From the NCBI GenBank assembly GCA_003614675.1, contig ML002279.1, positions 1-48,311 of the forward strand: a stretch of DNA of 48,311 nucleotides, in the 5' to 3' direction. Of the stretch, positions 1 to 13,298 are shown in pieces; positions within the stretch are counted from its first letter, which is position 1, and each line of letters starts with the position of its first letter. The notes under the pieces are model-generated. The model worked only from the letters and a program-made list of their open reading frames with translations, made no database searches and was not told the DNA's origin. The position numbers were made by a program, and so were the translations under genes. Origin of the DNA: Dimargaris cristalligena (Eukaryota).

Positions 1-3000
1 TATAGGGTCTGCTATTTAAGTTGAATCCAGAGAAATACCCCCCGCAATGACACAGTACCCCGCGCGCGAGTACTCGGGAGCTGTCTAAGGACCTCGGTGG
101 GCCCATCCCGAATACGGCCATCCAGCTGGAATAGGTGTTATGGCAACTATACTATCGGTTGCATTCATATCTATCTGCACAATATAACCATTCATAGTTC
201 AAATGGCCCCCAATAAATTATTCGCACACAGCTAATCATCGTGCGTTCCTACCAAGTAACTGTATTTATTTCGCCTACATGATTCAGCACTACTGCAACA
301 ATCGTATCCCTCGGCCCACATATCCTAAAATGCACCCTACGACAAATCTCGTTAGAATATCTCACGTCGCCACCGGTTAGTCTATGTACGGGCTTCACGA
401 TAGCCAAAAATAGATCCTTGCATACAGCCTGGGCGACTGGCATAAGGGCTGACTTCCGGCTCTTCTATGATCAAAATTGTGGTGCTGCCTATCCTTTTTT
501 TAAAAAAAAATACAAAAATAAAACCCCAATGAGACGATTTATAGCGAATTGGCGCCCGAAGGCCCGCGAACGCAAGTTGTCAGTATTAAAGTGTCGGATT
601 ATGTCATTGTGAGATTCCTTCTCTATTTCCTTTTACAACCCCCCTGTTAGAGGATTGAGAGAAAGCCGTTAACAAAAAACAATATGGATTCGAGAAATAC
701 TCCACCCCGAATACCCGTGGGGGTTGTTGGACTCACTCTCTAAACTTCTATTTCACAGCAAATGGGGGTATTGAATGTTGGGCCATATGGGTTAACCTTT
801 TGTATATTAGGACCACTCCCTATTATAGCCGCTGCTTCAGACCAGTTTGTAGTAATTCCATAGCACATATTTTTTCGGGAGTTGGGTTTTGATTTACGAA
901 ACATTTGGGGAAAAATCGGAAATTCGGCATTCCCTAGAAGGACTGCTTGTTGCATCGCGGACTCTTCGTAGCATTAGCCCTTTCCCTGAATCAATTAGGC
1001 CAATTGCGTTGGAGTTGATGACTACATCAGCTTCGGGAATCTAAGCACCCGCTACAAGCCGTTGATCGCTTCCCGATGTAGCCCACCGTTTTTCCCACAT
1101 CCACCCATCCGTGTCTGGCAAAATTGCTTCTCAACCCCTTCAATTTTCGCCAACGACATTGTTTCATGGCCAATCCTATTCCCAACGGCGCCATCAGTGG
1201 TAAAGAATGGGTGATTGAGAAGAGGGGGTGGGGGAGGAGTACATGGGCCTTCTAACTGGATTAGATAGGATATGAATGGACTAATAGCCGAATATAATTA
1301 CTATTTGGCATAAGACCACGTCAAGTAAGGGTTAACCACCTTTCACCAGAATGGAAAGTATAAATGTTTCAGTTGACTGGAAATGTATAAACTAGGATAC
1401 TCACGGATTCCCCCCTGGTGACCGACATGCGTTGGGGATAAATGCGTTGACATTCTAGGTAAAAAAAATGTAGACCATGGATTAGTGTTTCATCTGTGCC
1501 GGTGAATATTTATCCGCTGAGTTGCATTCGGAAAGAAAGAGAGGAAAGTATGAATATGGAAACCCGGCCTCTAGAAAATGAGCAACCATCACATACTATG
1601 ATCCTGCGATCCTCGTTTAACCAGATAGGCAAATTGTAAGTAAGTGACCTAAGGTAGGTTATAGATTTCGCAAAATTTAAATGCATTTTAATCCTAGGAC
1701 TTTATGGCTACACCGATAATAAGGTGCGACGCAGCTGAGGATCGATGCTTAACTGCAATGGGCCAAGCGTCAGTATATTTTGGCTCAGGGTAAAACTATC
1801 GGAACGGCGACGATGGCTTCAATTAAGGAGTAAGGATCGGGGGATTTACTCTTGCCACAGCTTACTGGTACTTATCTAAATACCTATTACTGACTTTAGC
1901 CACTGGAGCTCATATAGCTTAGTAATAAAAGGGGCACTCCGTTTTTGTCGTCAAATACTATTGTTTGACAGTATTGACTGATTCATTAACCGGTCTAATG
2001 TATTAATCCAAATTACCAGCATCTATACCTGATAGTCTTTGGAAGGCACTTATCACCAGAGTCGTTCCAAGGTGACCACAACACTACTATATTTCCAGGA
2101 AATTGAAGAGCGTCGATATTATATGGTTGGACATGTTCCTCCCACAACCCATCCATATACGAATATCTATTAATGAAGTACAATGTAATCGAATAATATA
2201 GCAGGTCGACCACTGGGCGCCTAAATTGGGTTAGAGATTTGAATTATGGCTAGTACATTGTAGAGTAGCCATATACTTAGTATCTGTGGTAAACTACCTA
2301 AGATCAGAGCATGTGGCCCTTATTCCGAGGTGAAATATATATATATAAAGTACAAAATAACTAATTGGTAATTTACGTCAAGAACTAGCAATAAGGATTT
2401 AATACAACTGAATAGTACCCCCATTTGGCCATCATAATCCAATGGATTGATGACCAGTCCCATTACGTTTAAAAGGGATGATTTTAGACTAGCAGGTATA
2501 ACGGGACTTCATTATCCCAATAGGAGTGCGACTTAATAATACCAAAAGGTTCAGGTACTACGACAGATACTCACGTCAACCGATTTCCTTAGTTCCAACC
2601 CCAACTTGTAAACCTCCCTTAGTTATAAATATAAATAACTGCCAAAATCTAACACCAACCCCGCCTTAGCACATGTCTAGGGAATGTTGGAAGACGAATA
2701 TAGGCACTAGGCGGTTACACCTTTAATCCAATGTAACCCCCGCAAACCCTAAAATTTAATCGATGGCTCTTCTGTCTGTGCGGCCACCAATGCTTAGCTA
2801 ATAAAATGCCCCCAAGCTAGTATGACGCACATAAATCGACTAATATATTACAACCACTCATCGTGCGCCTAATGATGTGCAACAATCCAAGGGAGGGGGG
2901 GGTGCTTGGGGAAGTTAGGCAGTGAGTTGAAGGCGGCGCGTATTCAATTTCCACCACTTGGAAGTCTGTGGTATTTTTAAGCATCATTTTTAAATGAGGA

Positions 3001-6000
3001 CGCGATAAGGCTATAGATTCCATCAGTGAAATGGCGTGACTTCGGTCCGCGGATTGGCTTCCTTGCAACTTGGCCGGTTGGGGAAGGGAAGGGGGGGATC
3101 CTCACTAAACACAGTCTAACATCCGGTAGTTAACTTGAGCAATACATTGTAGTGAAGCGGGATAGACTAAATAGGGAAATGTAACCACGAATCCGCCCCA
3201 AGCCCAACGATCGTTGCCTTTATTAAACGAAAATGGGGACTAGTTACCAAAACCTTCCATCCATACCATATTCTATCCAACCCTTCCATTACCTAATATA
3301 TTTCGCTAGTGTCATCATTGTTAGCGACACTGGAGATTAGCATAGGTCGTGATCGACCGAATGGGTTGCCTTTCTACAACCGCTTAATTGATTATACCCT
3401 TTCTTTTTTTGAGCCCTTCCAACTCTCACCACTGAACAATCTTTACATGGTGAGGTAATTCCGGCAGTTTGACTAATCGCAAAATGCATTGGCCATCCCC
3501 TCCCCTCTTCCAACCCCCCCCCCCAGAAATTATAATGATAATAATAATAATAGTGGACTTCTCTTGCTGTATCAACTGAGGGCCATTCGGGGGAAGTGTG
3601 TAGACCGGTTGGGCACTTGCCAAGGTGGAAGGAAGTCCGGCCCCAACTATAACTAAGAGTGTCTTCCCCCATTATAACAATGCGCGGGGGGGGGGGGTAA
3701 TGTGATCATGTAGGTGGCGTTAGTTGCCACTCGCCTTTTTTTGACGATGTGTTGACATTGCCAAGGTGTTGATTGCATGACTCTTTGTCCAAGACGCATG
3801 CGTGTTTTATGACGGACATTCAATACCGTGAAAGGAACTGCCCCTCCCCCTCATCGACAGTCCTGTCTGGCTAGTTTTATTATGATGGCAATGCGATAGA
3901 CAAATGACTAGCCCCACCACCACCACTGCCGCCTTTCCTTCGGGAGTAAACGGACGTCCAAGAAGTGTCGAACAGTATAGTAAAGTAGAATGATCGATGT
4001 GATTTGCGTCGGATAAGCAGGTGTGAAAATGTGGGGAGGATTGGGGGCAACAACTGATCATTGTTTCGACTGTGAGATTAGAGGGGCCAATGAAATGGTG
4101 ACGAACGAAAGGATACGGAGAGAAAAAGTGAGATGGAGGGAGGATGTGGAAGCGAGGGAGGAGGACCCCTGGGGTGATACTGTGGGGGAGGGGTCTTTTG
4201 ACTCAAAATTTCTTGAATAGTGGCCAGGAATGGATGGAATCGAAGCAAAAACATAAGTGATAAGAAGGTAGAAGAGAGGAAGTTATGGTGAGGTCCCTGC
4301 CCGATAATTTCTTGTTTTTTTCACCACCGCCGGGTGATCAAATGATTGATGGACCGCAACAATAAACGGGGGTCAAAGCAGGCATTTTCTCCCCTAATGA
4401 AGCAAGTGAATAATGGCCGGCGTGGCCGTGTTTCGAAACGTGTAGGCCAATACTAATCACCGGGAAGGTGCCTCCTCCTCTCTTCCTGCCCTTCGCTCTC
4501 CCCCACAGAAACCCATACATAACACCCCTTCCTTATAATTCATTTCAATCCCACCCATACTATTAAAGATATTTACACATTTAGGATTCAATCTCTGACG
4601 AGGAGGGCTACTACGTGGGGGAGGGGAGCAACCGGCCTCTGGACCGCGTTTCTAGTAACCGGTGATGTTTTTGTAGCTGATTTCACGCAAGCTATAAAAT
4701 GTTTTAGGTTCGGAAACAACCCCTGCCCGGACCATTTGACTCGATTGATAATATAATAATAGGCACTCTGCCCATTGCCGTAAATAGCCGACCCTTTAAG
4801 TGCGAACCCCAGTGGTGTACCTCGGCTGGCCTAATTGGTTCGCATCCACCCTTACCCCACACCCCATATGTTCTACAGTAAACGAAGGTGGTTTCAATGA
4901 AACATCTGATATTGTTTGACGCGAGGAAACGCCGTTTCCTATACGTTTAATTAGATGCCGGTAGGCGAGATGCGGTAGGTTCCTAAACATTCTGACTGTT
5001 TACAGAATCAAGGGATGGTGAATAAACCCCTCTCTCTCTCTCTCTCTCTCATATTACTTGGCCTTCCCATAGTAATATGCCCCTCATCTCCGCTCCTACT
5101 TCCCGGGAACTTTTTCCATTGATTCGCATTGCGGTACTCTAATGTAAAGGAGTCGGTGTGACGGGGTATTTCTTCCCCGCCTTTATTCAACGGTGCCCTG
5201 CACCCACCAGTGCACAGCTACAGATTTGGCTAAATCATGCCCGATGCCGCCGAAAATACGGGTGTGAAGAAATGTGACGGGAAATGCACGATCTTAACCC
5301 CACACCCTCTCTCACCCTGCCTCCCCCTGTCATGTCACCACCACCATACCCAATGGCACTTGACATTTCACTGGCACCGCCCCCTCCCAATCCAGATCCC
5401 GCGTCTGCTTGTCCCGCCCCGAATGGGGGATATGCCGAAGTGGGCAGAGGGGGTGTGTTGGATGTAGGCCATGTATGTATGTAAGTATGTGCGTCTACTG
5501 TGCTTCAAAATATCGGACCTTCTTTGTTTTCCCCAGTCCCCCTGCCTTGGAATCCGTCGGTCCCCAAGCTTTGGTGGGTTTGCCGCTAGCACAGCGTCAT
5601 CACCATCGTCATGAATGAAAAAAAAGCCCCACTATTGTCTTGTTGACCAAGACAACCGGCAGCATTTACAGTGTATAATATAGTAGAATATGGAAAAAGT
5701 AGGTAGAGAGCATTGGAGAGGCAGGGATTTAAAAATAAAAGTAGGCTAGAATGGGCGAAAATTGCACTCAGCCACCTAGCAACCCTTATTTGGGGGGGAA
5801 CCTGAAAGACGGCGTGGGCACCGGGTGGTTGCCCCGCATTAACCTTTATAGAAATCGATTGGCATACCAGACCGTCGTGACCTCCTTACTGATCTAGACC
5901 CCCAAGACAACAGACCCGATATGGCCACGGAAACGGAAAGTTGGCACGGGTGTTTGATTTGAGACCATGGTACCGGATGAAGAGGGTGGGGGAGGTATTA

Positions 6001-9000
6001 GGAGAGGTTTCACTGAACAACACCTACACAAGTAAAAAGGGGAAGGTGGTTATGGTGGTTGTGATGATGGCACGATAAAGCAAGCAGTCCAAATGGGGCG
6101 AGCGTCAGGAAATCCCGGATAGTTCAAATCTACATATACAATAGGGGGAAGCCTGTGGGGGGTTCTTCCGTCGGACAGCTGTTTGCCGCTACCAACATGC
6201 CCCCGACCCTTCCAGTGGAAAATACCCGCTTTGCAAGTTAAAGTAACTGCATCCCAATTGCACCACCAATACAACGCACAGTAGAGTAAAATACATGATT
6301 ATTCATTCAGTATTTTCCTGTATAGTCCGGAGAAATAATAAAATAAGCCCAGGAATGTGCAGTCCAACCACCCCGTCCTCCGCTCGGAATCCCGAGTGAT
6401 GATGGCCATGAAGCCCTCCTACTGAAGGCCATCCACTGTGTCAAACTTTAACGGATCTAATGGCAATCACTCTTTACCGTTCATTGTAGCATTAAAGACG
6501 ACTTTACGATCATTTTTTTCTATAAGTCCATCTTTTGAGACCTACCCTATGTGTAGATCAATAACTTTGACGTATTTAGGTGCCATTCATTCCAGATGTG
6601 ACGGTCAGTCCAAAACAGAACCCCACTCCAACACAGTATCAGTATCAGTCAAATACATAGTAAGGATTGTCGCAATAAGGCTGGTCATTAGTAAAGCGGT
6701 ACTGTCAAATATACTTAGGGATAGAGAGAGAGAGAGAGAGCAATCAAGTAAATGTTATATTAGGTTGATTAATCAGAATAGTATGCTGTACATCAGCCCA
6801 GTCTTCAAAACCCGTTGACATATTGGGGTCCGCCCCATTGTATCTATCCCCACCCCCTACCCCTCAAAAACAAATTCCACGCCCCAGGATAATATGGAAA
6901 GTCCACCTGAGCCACTAGTACACCCCCCTTCTTACATTGACTCACCCATACCTACACACACTAAAGCAGGGTTTTTGTTCTACCCCCCCCCCCCTATTTG
7001 ACCACGCACTCTCCGCCTTCTCTTACTAGTGGGTAAATCACCTTGACTATCTTTTCATCCAAAAGCCGGTCTTTAATCACATTCGCTTTGGCCCACGTCA
7101 CTTTGAAGATAAATACAGCGGGCTGATAATACCATATCAGTCTAAAATAGCATACTCTAGACCCCGTCCTTTGCGCATCTCGTTAAATCACCCCAGTACC
7201 TAGGAGTATGTTTAATGGGACTGGTATACAAGCAACTGTTGGAAACTATAAAGATAAATTTGTATATATGCCACAGCACCAAAGTAACGGCGACTATGGG
7301 CACAATAAAGTGTAACCCCTTCCTCCGGTAAACTTCATGTCCCCTCTGACTTAGCCCCCCACCTGGCCCCATTTCCTACGGACCCTATGTATCTTCCATT
7401 CCAGACAGACCTAAGGCATAATATATCAATGCTACCTAACTATGTTGCACACTAATATCCTCATGCTATCACATCCTCCGGCCTCCGGTATACTTACATC
7501 ACTTGTAACTGTCGGTACACACTACTCATAAGGGACGGCTGCCAAGCTCGTGTGAACCACAGTGTAACTTTGTAGTGCAGGTCAATTGAGCGATGTAGAA
7601 GGTGGGTAAAGGTAGTTGGAGGGGGAAGGGATACATTCATGCGGAAGAATCCGATGGCCCTAGTATAGAGCCAATGGTATAGAAATGCCGCTGGCCTACC
7701 CATCTGACCCCTCTACTCATATTAATATATTCCGGTTTTCCAACGTTTAAACTATCGACCAGTACCGGTACCAAGTATGGACTTTTACAGGTGGTATTCC
7801 CCGCCGGCTTGGGTTCATCCCCAGTTGATAAACACTACCGAGACACAGCCCTAGGTATCAATAATACTCTTGTCCCCGGCGAATGCCTGGTAGGATGTAC
7901 CCACAGTGTATTTCACGAGCGGTACATGGCTAAGAATGGAGGTGAACGCACCCTGCATGTCGACTAGATTAGCCCTGAACTGGGCCAGCCATGGGGTTAT
8001 TATTATTATTATTTGGCAAAACCAAGGATCCGGTGAAGTCCGGCTATAGCCCATGCAGGACCATGGTGTGAATCACACCAAGAATGAGGGGCAATAATTT
8101 TTAATAGGGACATTCCCGTTTAGCCGGATGCCCTTCATAATCGAATAGACTGCATTTTAGGGCCAGGTTGAAGACCTAATCGCGGTATCATCATAGCGTC
8201 GTCATGCTCCGTATGCTCTCCCCCGCGCGCAGCCTTGGGGTTTGGTGGCTGAAGAATGTTCGGGCTTGCTCAATAGCCGCGCTCCCTCCTCGGCTTTACG
8301 CAACAATGGTTGGCTTGCTCGTGAAGCAAAGGGCGGAATAAGTAATTAAATGGATTTGGCACCTTGGGGGTGTGAGAAGGTTACACAGTGCAAAGGGAGT
8401 TTGGGGCTAGACGTGGAAATAAAAGCTGGTAAAAGATATATATTATAAGAGGCTGTGCCTTTTTTGGGGTTTTTTTTGGAAAGCACAAGCGTTCTGGCAC
8501 AATACCATCCTCTTCCTTTCGCGGCTGATAGGGAATTGCATTGAACACATCACAACGGTATATACCCTTGATCGATTCGTCCACTACGTCAATTATAGTG
8601 GCAAATGTATACATGTGCTTAGAAGTACCATTGGCCAATGGTATTTGGTGCAGCTGTCAAGCAATCAAGGGCTGGCTGGTACAAGAATCAAGCGTACGCC
8701 TCCCTCCCCTTCGGCTATGCTTTTCAATTCGACGAGAATTAAACAACTCCCATTCATCTGACTGAGGAGGAGGGGGAAGTGGCAATGAAAAAATGGTGTA
8801 ACCAGGATCCAGCACTCTTACCAATAGTGAATGAGTAATAACCCTTCCGCGGAAACCCAATGTTCGCAGGCGCTGTACATATATCCAAAAGGCGATACTT
8901 GGTTCCAGTTGAGTATGGTGCCATGAAAAAAAACTCGGCCACTTCAGCTACATATATGTACATATATTTACGTACGAATTGGACTTCCAAAAATACGGAT

Positions 9001-12000
9001 ATATAGGGTTCGTTTAGGCCAGTGAATAAGTAGGGAGAGGCGGGGAGGTAGTGGCTCTATGTAAGCGAGGACAAAAGTCAGTCGGGGAAACGACGCATCT
9101 GACACCGCCACCAACTTTATAAAGGCGGCATGCGAGTAAGGTGAGCGAATGATTTCCTATTAAAGCGGGCTAGCTTCCCCCAAACGAACAGGGATGGCCT
9201 AATTATAGGACCATTTGAGCGGGTAAATGTGGAAGCGGGGGGGTGGGAAGGATAAATAATCCCGCGTAGTTCAATCGATGGTGCACTTAAACTTATTTGG
9301 AACTGGCCTACTTGCTACCTAGCTTCCCTTACTTCATTGGCGCCTCCAAGAACGGTTTTGGGCTTACCATTGCGATTAATTATACGGTGAAACCCACTGG
9401 ACTTAATGCCTTTAAGTCGAAGGGAAAGGGTGGGTATATTCCACTATAGATATTGCGGAACAACATATTACTATATTTAGGTTATTGGGCGCATTAGATA
9501 GAACGAGAGAGGGAGGGTGGGCGGAGAATGATTTAAGTGGTTATACTTACTTTAAGGGAGATAATTACATGGTGGGTAACACACGAAATAAGGTCGCCTC
9601 GCCGACGCGTCTATCTATATTATACCACTCCTTCCCCACGCCCTCGAATGTATTATTTCCTGACCGGTCGCCAGATGTTTTTCGCTGAAACATGTTTGGT
9701 AAATGAGCTTATTAACTCACCAAATCCTCCGGCTATGTGTAGTATCTACGCCTATACGGCGATAGTCATTCAACTAATCGGGCATACCCGTACTACCTTG
9801 GACCCATAGGTAACACTAATTCTTATCATTCTTTTCCACAGTTCGGCACAGCCCAGATGATCTGTAACTGGCTTTTAATGGAATAGGTGTTACCTTGCCC
9901 GTCAACCCACCTAATACGCCAGTTGAAAGCCACTGAAGGAGGAAGGAAAGGGGGGGGGCACTGACTGGGCCGAAACGGCAGGTTATAGCTGGCCTATTTA
10001 CCATAGGACATGGTGTGTAACACAGCCCAGCAGCAGGGCTCTCCCTCCCTTGGGTATATATAAGCCAAACCTATGCGGCTCAGACAAGATTCCCCCACCC
10101 ATTAGATATCATTTCAAATCTTTACAGCGACCCCTTAGTGTGTCGTTAATTGTCTAGTAAATTTATATGTATCGCCCTTTACTTAGTGCCATAATAGAGC
10201 TATTTCTAATATCATTCCGATAGACGTGTCCCTCCCAACTCATTGCTCCGCCCTTCCCCGCCTCCTTATGTACCCTGTCCCGTTTTTTTAAATTTTAAAT
10301 ATACCCTATTTACGGAACAATATCTTCACCATTCACCTGCAATTTACCCGGCCCTTTAAGGCAAATATACTGTGGATTCACGGGCCCATTTATTGCTATT
10401 TTTGTTTTGGTTCTCTTTTCAGTTTTCGTATACTTTTATTTTTTTCGTTGGTCATTTCAACCACTGTCCTCCGATCAACATTGTCGCCTTGACCTACTTG
10501 CAGTCATTATTTCTGCCATACGGGAAATCCACAGTGACTCAGAGCCATAAACGTCTTCGCTATATCCACTGACAGCCTCTGTCAATCACCCGTCTATAAT
10601 CACACCCCCCTCCTCCTCTCTCCGATCATTGCTGTCAATCCACCTCACGCCCCTCGTGTTTTCCCCGCTTTGTCGCTAAACCAATCCTAAGTCTTGGCTA
10701 AACCCCGATTGACAGCACTCTACACCCATACTTCACTGTACTGTATAGGCTTGTATTAGTGGCTATTATTCAATAATATCCTGGCATTGTACTATTTGAA
10801 CTACAATTGCAGGCGTATACATTCATATATATATATATATTTGAATTGGGTCACTCTACCGAACGGTAAATCCTGGTCTAAATTGCGCATACCCAGTGCT
10901 CAACTTAATCGCGCCATCGAACCGGCCGAATCCTGACATATCGTCCTTTCCAGAACTCCCCGTCAACGAACCGCGGCAGCTGCCGTAAATTATACCCATT
11001 GAGCCGCTATTGGGTCACTACTATTGGTAGTACAGCTTCGAAAAGCCTTAGAAAAATACCCTTTGTATAGAATAAGGTAAGCCAAGTATACCAGGTTTTT
11101 TTTCTTGCATTCCGATGCTGCTGCCGGTTAGTTCCACCCCCTTTAGGGGCCTGGCCGCCGTATCATCCCGCTGGGACAGGCCCAACAAAAAAAATTGCTT
11201 TGCCAACTAAGTTGGTTATACGCAACTCAGCGAGTAATAGAATGGGCACGGGAGTGGACTGGTTGGGCGACGACGGACGGAGGATTACTCGGCGAACAAC
11301 ACCCCCCTTATAGCTATTGACCTTGTCCCACTCGGAGTATTGCACCGTACCGGCTTGGTTCTTCATGGTCTTGCTTACATCCGCCAGTCAGCTTTAAGGA
11401 CCTATTCCATTCCGTTTTCCCCATTCACCCACTCTCACCCACACCCATATACCCACCGCCTTCCCTCCTATAATATACCCAATCCCTATGCCAACCGACC
11501 CTTTTCTTTTGGCTGCCGTTCTTGTCGTCATGGCTGATATTTTACTCGCACTGTTTTGGGCCACCGGACCTTTAAAATCATTGACCTATTTACAGATGGG
11601 GCAGTACAGCAGTGACACAGAGCAATGCTGGTCAAAGAGAGCGGCGGCCATGGTGGAATAGGTATAGAGAGAGTCCTGCGGGAGAGAGGAGGTGTGGGCT
11701 GCCTTCAGCATATTCGTCAATAATGGCAGGCAGAGGAGGGATGGGGTGGGGTGGTGGTGGCGGAGGTGTGGAGAGCGTGATAATGATCCACCCCCCATGC
11801 CGCCAGACCTGTGTGCCTGTCTGTCTATTCCTATTGACTCACTATTAGTGCACCACTATTGATTCGACCGCAAGGTATCCTCCTTCTCCGTGTGTCTCTT
11901 ACTTAATGACCCGGAGTGATAGGATTGCTCTCACTGCCAGGCGTATTTCCCCTGCCGTCATTTTACCGTACCTGGATTGCCGTTGATTTTTTTCCCTGCT

Positions 12001-12559
12001 GTATGGCACATTTAGTATGAATGGCTATACCAAAGGATTTGCGCAAGTTAATACACTTACTTCCCTCACCCCCAATTCATCATTTTTTTCGCTAAAAAGA
12101 TGAACATGGCACCCTCTCAGTGCCATCGTTATCGAAGGGTGTGTGTGGATGATGGGTTGGATAAAACGACACTTGCCAGATGCCGGTGATTTTTATCAGC
12201 GGCTGCCGATTTCCGGTGTTGACCAAAGGATAATTGCCGACCAAGGCCCATTGAAACCCTACCATTTTGGCCTGAAGGCATAACGTACGCCGGGGTCCCT
12301 TAGCTCTCTATACTTTTCCTTGATCGCATCAAACTAACACCCGCGGTTATATCATTGATGTGTTTATTATTGACCGGTGCTTTTTGAATGGCATCCATAT
12401 CCCTCTCCCCAACCTGATCTCTTGGCCTTAAATCAACCACCACCACCACTAGCTGCTGTCCACCCCTTTGGCATCTCGGGACCCTCCCTCCCCTTCTTCT
12501 AACCCCCTCCCCAACGTCATCCTCGAAGAACAAAGCTGCAAAACAGGGGCCAAACACCC

Positions 12560-12810
12560 TCCTCTCCATCCCCCCCCCCCTGTCACCCCGCCTGGCTACT
12601 GGCTGTCACCCCCCCCCCCAATCAAATCCCCTTTAGGACCCGTCCGAAACCTGGGCGTAATCGCACCAACCCCATTTCACGTTTCTCTAATTTCCGACCA
12701 ACCCCCCGGTTTCGGTAGTCTGAGTGAAAGAAAGAGGGAACAATCCACCCCCCCCCCCCCCCCCCCTCTGCTTTCCTCAGCGAGAGACCCCCCCCCCCCC
12801 CTTTTTTTTG
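12560..12810. repeat. Cluster of poly-C homopolymer tracts upstream of PLC
   Basis: Runs of C at ~12570-12580, 12608-12619, 12748-12766 and 12787-12801. Confidence 0.8.
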
Positions 12811-13205
12811 CTCACTATATAGCGCGAGTCTTGCTTACATTGTTTCTGAACCACTTGATTTGGGCGCTCGCTTGGTCATCATCAGCACAATCGGTGTAAG
12901 TGAGTGGCTCACTTTAATCACCGCTCTACCCGTACTTTTCCTGAGTGGTCCGTTGCCCCTCTCGTTTTGGTATAAAGACTAGCGTCCAGCCCTGCTTGGT
13001 GAGTCCCCTTAACATCTCCTTTTCCCCCCGCACTACACAATCATCGTGCAGTGAGCACGCGTGCCTGTGTGCGTGCCCGTGTGTGCACCTCTTTACCTCT
13101 CTTTATATACCTTGCGGCTCAACGAAGAATATATATATATCTAGACTAAGCTATTCATCGATCCTTTGAACTAACTAACTATCTATTTAGCTACACTCAC
13201 ATAAA

Positions 13206-13252
13206 TATATATATATATATATATAGACAACTCCATATATATATATATATAT
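13206..13252. repeat. (TA)n microsatellites
   Basis: Two adjacent (TA)n runs just upstream of the PLC ORF. Confidence 0.85.
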
Positions 13253-13298
13253 CGATAAACCCGCTGAGTGCTCCGTGTGCATATCCCCGCCAGTCTGA

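Noticed and set aside
12468-12899. 143-aa Pro-rich ORF
   Set aside because: It has a TTG start and arises from poly-C tracts in promoter DNA.
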